Assembly: GCA_002311345.1 (NCBI GenBank)
Contig: DCAA01000043.1
Span: forward strand, 6,177-70,176
Origin: Planctomycetes bacterium UBA1146
GTDB taxonomy: Bacteria; Planctomycetota; UBA8108; UBA1146
Direction: 5' to 3'
Length of the DNA: 64,000 nucleotides
Made by a program: the position numbers and the translations under genes. Below the pieces are notes generated by a model. It did not search any database. It was not told where the DNA came from and worked only from the letters and a program-made list of their open reading frames with translations. This document shows positions 60,871 to 64,000 of this stretch, in pieces. How positions within the stretch are numbered: the first letter of the stretch is position 1; every line of letters starts with the position of its first letter.

Positions 60871-61565
60871 TTCCCCCTTGACCTGTTGGCAACAGGTGGC
60901 CATATTTCCCCGTGCCCGTGATCTGAGTTTTCGATCAGAGACCGGGACGTCCAGGATCCGGTTCAGGACCCAACGGTCTGGCCGAGGTACTGGAGTGTGC
61001 TTGCCGCCCACCCGGAGCACCCGCACGAGAGCGCCTCCACACCGGTGACTGGATGATGGGAGCAGATCGATCCCCGGTGGATCGGTCGAGTGGGGGATGA
61101 GCTGGCGGCTCCGCTGCTGCAGGCAGCACCAGGATGGAGGAATCCGTCGGAGTGCGGCTCCTGGGGGACACTTGTGCGGGATCATCGACCTGACCGATGG
61201 TCACAAATACGGTGATTTCGGCTGGCGATAGGGGTTCCGTTGTGGCCCCGGTCGATGTCGCCAGGTTGCGTGATCCGGCGTGGCGTTCACCCCTGCCCCA
61301 GTTTTTCCATCGCTGTCCTGCGCACACTGGCCTGCTCGTCCCTACGCAATTCATGGGCAGGTTCCGCATCATCCTTCATTCAGACCCAAGCTTCTCCTCG
61401 CCGAGTAGGGACGGCGGGGAGGTCCATTTTGACCAGCGGGTCAGAACCATCTATCTGCGATAAATCGCCGTTCGAAATCTTTACGCAGGGGGCTTCTGTC
61501 GATAGCCTGTCCGTCAGAAATCATTACGGTCCAATGAGGGTCGATCTGACGGACCCGGAGGCAAC

Positions 61566-64000
61566 ATGATCGATGGAGAAGTTCCGGTACTGAGTTCTGA
61601 GGGGCAGCAGATGACCGCAGCTCCGAGGCAGCAGGCTCTGAGCCGACTTCGAGGGTGGATCCACGACCGGATCGATCCCGAGCCGCAGTCCTCCAGTCGC
61701 ACCGGAACTCCCTGTTCCTTGCTGCTGGTCTCCGGCCCCGGCGGAGTTGGCAAGACACGTCTCATCGAGGAAGCACTGTCGCTCGATGAGAGTGAGGATG
61801 ACCGACCACAGATCCTCTGTCGACGAGTCCACTGTCACGAACGTCAGGGGATTCCGTTCTTACCGGTGCTTCGTCTGGTCAAGGACCTCATCATCGATCA
61901 TGGCGAGCACAAGGGACTCTGGCAGCGATATGCCCATGTACTGAGCCGGGTGTTTCCGGAACTGCAGGCAGAGGTGACGGGGTCGAGGCAGCTGGAGCCT
62001 CTGCAGGGCAAGAGCGGGCGCATCCAGTTCCAGCAGTCTCTGACGGGGATCCTCGCGGAACTATCCCGGGATCGCACCCTGATCCTGGTACTTCACGACC
62101 TGCATCACAGTGATCCGGGAACCATCGAGTTCATCGAGTACCTGGCGCGAAATGCTGCGCTCTCGAGCGAACCGGCTCACCACCAGGCTGCCCTCGAAGG
62201 CTCCTCGGACGCTCGAGACTGGAAACACATCCGGGCTCGTGAGGGGCGTTCTGGTGAGTTTGCCAGTTCCATCATCGAGGACGATCTCGTCACCTCTGAG
62301 CCTTCCGATGCTCACGGACGGTTACTGGTCATCGCTGATCATCATTTCGATTCGAGTCAGGTCACGGACTCGGAACTCGGTAGCCTCTACCGTCAGCCCT
62401 TCTCTCGAACCATCGAACTTCCAACCCTGACGGTTTCCGAGGTGAAGGGAGTGGTCGAGACGCAACTCGCTGGCGAACCCTCCGAGGATTTCATCGAGAT
62501 CATCGCTGAGGCGTGCGGGGGAAATCCATTGCTGATCATCGAGATGTGTCGGGTGCTGCAGGAAGGGGGTGTCGCCAGCCCACTCGAAGGCGAGAGTGTG
62601 CAGGCTCTTCTCGAGAGTGCTCAGGGTGGTTCCCTGTGTCAGGTTCTGATCGAGCGAAGGCTCGCGACCCTGCCTGCTCTCGAGCGTCGTGTGCTCGAAC
62701 ATCTGGCGATGCTACGCAGGCCTGTGCAAACGTCGTTGCTGGTCTCCTCGAACGGTGTTTCTCAGGATCGGCTGGAAGAGGCACTCGAGAGTCTCATCGA
62801 GAGGGGATTCATCCGCAAACACGCCTCCAGGGGTACCGTGAGGTATCACTTGTCCCACGAGATCCATATGCAGGGAATCCGATCGGCGATTCTTCCGCAG
62901 GCAGCGCGGAATCTCCAGCAGGAACTGGGCCGGATCCTGGCACAGGATCCGCGAAGCAGTGATCCCGTGAGAGCCTTCGAGGTACACGAGTTGCTGGCCG
63001 CAGGAGATGACCCGGCTCGAGCCATCGACTATGGAATCATCGCGATGCGCTTCTTCGCCGGTGCCTACGCCGAGCCGCTGGCGATCCGCATCGGGCGTCG
63101 AATGCTCGACAGTTCCGGGGTCGACGGAGATGCCACCATCCGGCGAGAGATTCTCAGTTTACTGGCGAAACTCGAGGTCGAGACGGGGCAGCCGGAGTCG
63201 GGAAAACTTCATATCAAGATGTTGCTCGAGGACACCGAACTGGGTCCTGAGAAGCGCGTAGAGGCGCGTTATTTCCTCGCCGAGATCTATCTTGGTCTAC
63301 AGGAACCCTTGAAGGGGATCCGGGCCCTGAGTCGAATCAGTTCGTCCGATCTGGAGGCAGTGGGGAATCTGGCAGTTGTACGGCTGACCGCTCTCAGAGC
63401 GCGCTTGCGGCTACAGCGCCGTGACCTCAAGCGAGCGATGAGCCTCTGTCTGAGGGCCCAGAAGGAGATCGAGGGGATCTCTGATGGGAAAACTCAGCCG
63501 GAAGCCAGGGAGTTGCTGTGCCAGGTTCTCGAGATTCTCGCCGAGACACATATTGCCCGGGGAGATTCTGTTGCCGCTCTCAACAGTTACCAGACTCTGC
63601 TGGATCTGGTGGAGAGATCGGGAGACACGGTGGCGCTCGGGTCGGTTCTACGGACCATCGGTCAGGTTTACTACGAAAGAGGAAAACACTTCCGTGCCGC
63701 TCGTTACCTGTTTCGAGCCCGGGAGGTCGTGGAGTCTTCCCAGGATGCTCGTACCCTTGCGGCAATCTACGAGTTGCTGGGAAAGGTCTACCGCAACAGC
63801 GGCGATTTTTCCCGAAGTCTCGATCACTTCCGCCGTTGCCTCAATCTACGCGAACGGATCGGCGATACGCATGAGATTTCTCCGACCCTCAACTCCATCG
63901 GCAGTCTGCACGCTCACTCGGGGGATTACGCGCGGGCAGTCCGGTTTTTCAAGAGGAGTGTCACAAATAGCGAGAGGTTCGGAAGTACCCGCGGGATCGT
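61566..64000 (+). CDS. STAND-type AAA NTPase with C-terminal TPR repeats, 3' partial
   Basis: This is an uninterrupted reading frame from the ATG at 61566 to the window end. It carries a P-loop (LLLVSGPGGVGKTRLIEEAL), a GGNPLLIIEM motif paralogous to the first gene's GGNPLFIVEM, and TPR-like repeats toward the end. It is missing from the ORF track because no stop codon falls within the window. Confidence 0.65.
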   Translation, partial: MIDGEVPVLSSEGQQMTAAPRQQALSRLRGWIHDRIDPEPQSSSRTGTPCSLLLVSGPGGVGKTRLIEEALSLDESEDDRPQILCRRVHCHERQGIPFLPVLRLVKDLIIDHGEHKGLWQRYAHVLSRVFPELQAEVTGSRQLEPLQGKSGRIQFQQSLTGILAELSRDRTLILVLHDLHHSDPGTIEFIEYLARNAALSSEPAHHQAALEGSSDARDWKHIRAREGRSGEFASSIIEDDLVTSEPSDAHGRLLVIADHHFDSSQVTDSELGSLYRQPFSRTIELPTLTVSEVKGVVETQLAGEPSEDFIEIIAEACGGNPLLIIEMCRVLQEGGVASPLEGESVQALLESAQGGSLCQVLIERRLATLPALERRVLEHLAMLRRPVQTSLLVSSNGVSQDRLEEALESLIERGFIRKHASRGTVRYHLSHEIHMQGIRSAILPQAARNLQQELGRILAQDPRSSDPVRAFEVHELLAAGDDPARAIDYGIIAMRFFAGAYAEPLAIRIGRRMLDSSGVDGDATIRREILSLLAKLEVETGQPESGKLHIKMLLEDTELGPEKRVEARYFLAEIYLGLQEPLKGIRALSRISSSDLEAVGNLAVVRLTALRARLRLQRRDLKRAMSLCLRAQKEIEGISDGKTQPEARELLCQVLEILAETHIARGDSVAALNSYQTLLDLVERSGDTVALGSVLRTIGQVYYERGKHFRAARYLFRAREVVESSQDARTLAAIYELLGKVYRNSGDFSRSLDHFRRCLNLRERIGDTHEISPTLNSIGSLHAHSGDYARAVRFFKRSVTNSERFGSTRGI

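Noticed and set aside
60935-61372. 145-aa minus-strand ORF (and overlapping plus-strand ORFs) in the long spacer before the STAND–TPR gene
   Set aside because: The translations are low-complexity Pro/Arg/Ser/Gly-rich with no recognisable motif or signal and overlap each other in several frames. I treat the region as non-coding pending experimental or comparative evidence.
1-64000. CRISPR arrays, IS elements, integrases, prophage genes, toxin–antitoxin pairs or restriction–modification genes
   Set aside because: I saw no direct-repeat/spacer periodicity and no transposase, integrase, phage-structural, or methyltransferase/endonuclease signatures. The window reads as core chromosome.

Overview
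This is a high-GC (roughly 60%) bacterial chromosomal segment, coding-dense on both strands. It reads as a core-genome region rather than an accessory island. I found no rRNA, tRNA, CRISPR array, transposase or integrase. The gene content points to Planctomycetota-like: a giant PSCyt/DUF1549/DUF1553 c-type-heme protein paired with a Tat-signal DUF1501 sulfatase-like protein, multidomain Ser/Thr-kinase/STAND/TPR proteins, and many FtsX-type ABC permeases.

Genes in order:
- A 5'-truncated Ser/Thr kinase–AAA(STAND)–TPR–GAF gene, about 1350 aa.
- A small hypothetical protein, a rhomboid protease, an M42 aminopeptidase, rsmD, a stand-alone cNMP-binding protein and an rluD-like pseudouridine synthase.
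- Two hypothetical envelope proteins.
- Three adjacent ABC transporter systems: a LolC/E-like permease pair with a LolD-like ATPase; a substrate-binding protein with a two-domain permease and an ATPase; and a convergent LolD/LolE-like pair.
- Leucine dehydrogenase translationally coupled to rnpA–yidD.
- A MerR-like HTH protein, then a 958-aa fused uncharacterised radical-SAM protein (TIGR03960+TIGR03936 type), an IMPase-family protein, a ferredoxin, an MqnD-like menaquinone (futalosine-pathway) protein and an FAD-linked oxidase.
- The PSCyt–DUF1501 pair, flanked by two lipoprotein outer-membrane β-barrel candidates.
- An orphan module of two tandem GspE/PilB-type ATPases plus one GspF/PilC platform protein.
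- RNase R, RNase HI, a membrane-anchored FKBP and a PpiD-like chaperone.
- A TsaC(YrdC)–LMW-PTP fusion followed by rpiB.
- A 2-oxoacid dehydrogenase locus (lpd, E1β, E2, lipB, lipA) lying divergent from a fused E1αβ gene.
- ftsH, a membrane pseudokinase–TPR protein, a small secreted Cys-containing protein, a roughly 760-nt ORF-poor region, and a 3'-truncated STAND–TPR gene paralogous to the NTPase part of the first gene.

Nothing here looks like a known defence or mobile system. The most interesting candidates for undescribed biology are the PSCyt/DUF1501/OMP cluster, the orphan dual-ATPase secretion/pilus module, the fused radical-SAM protein, the TsaC–PTP–RpiB linkage and the unusual E1 arrangement.

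Coordinates are approximate to ±1–3 nt where I re-chose start codons by hand.
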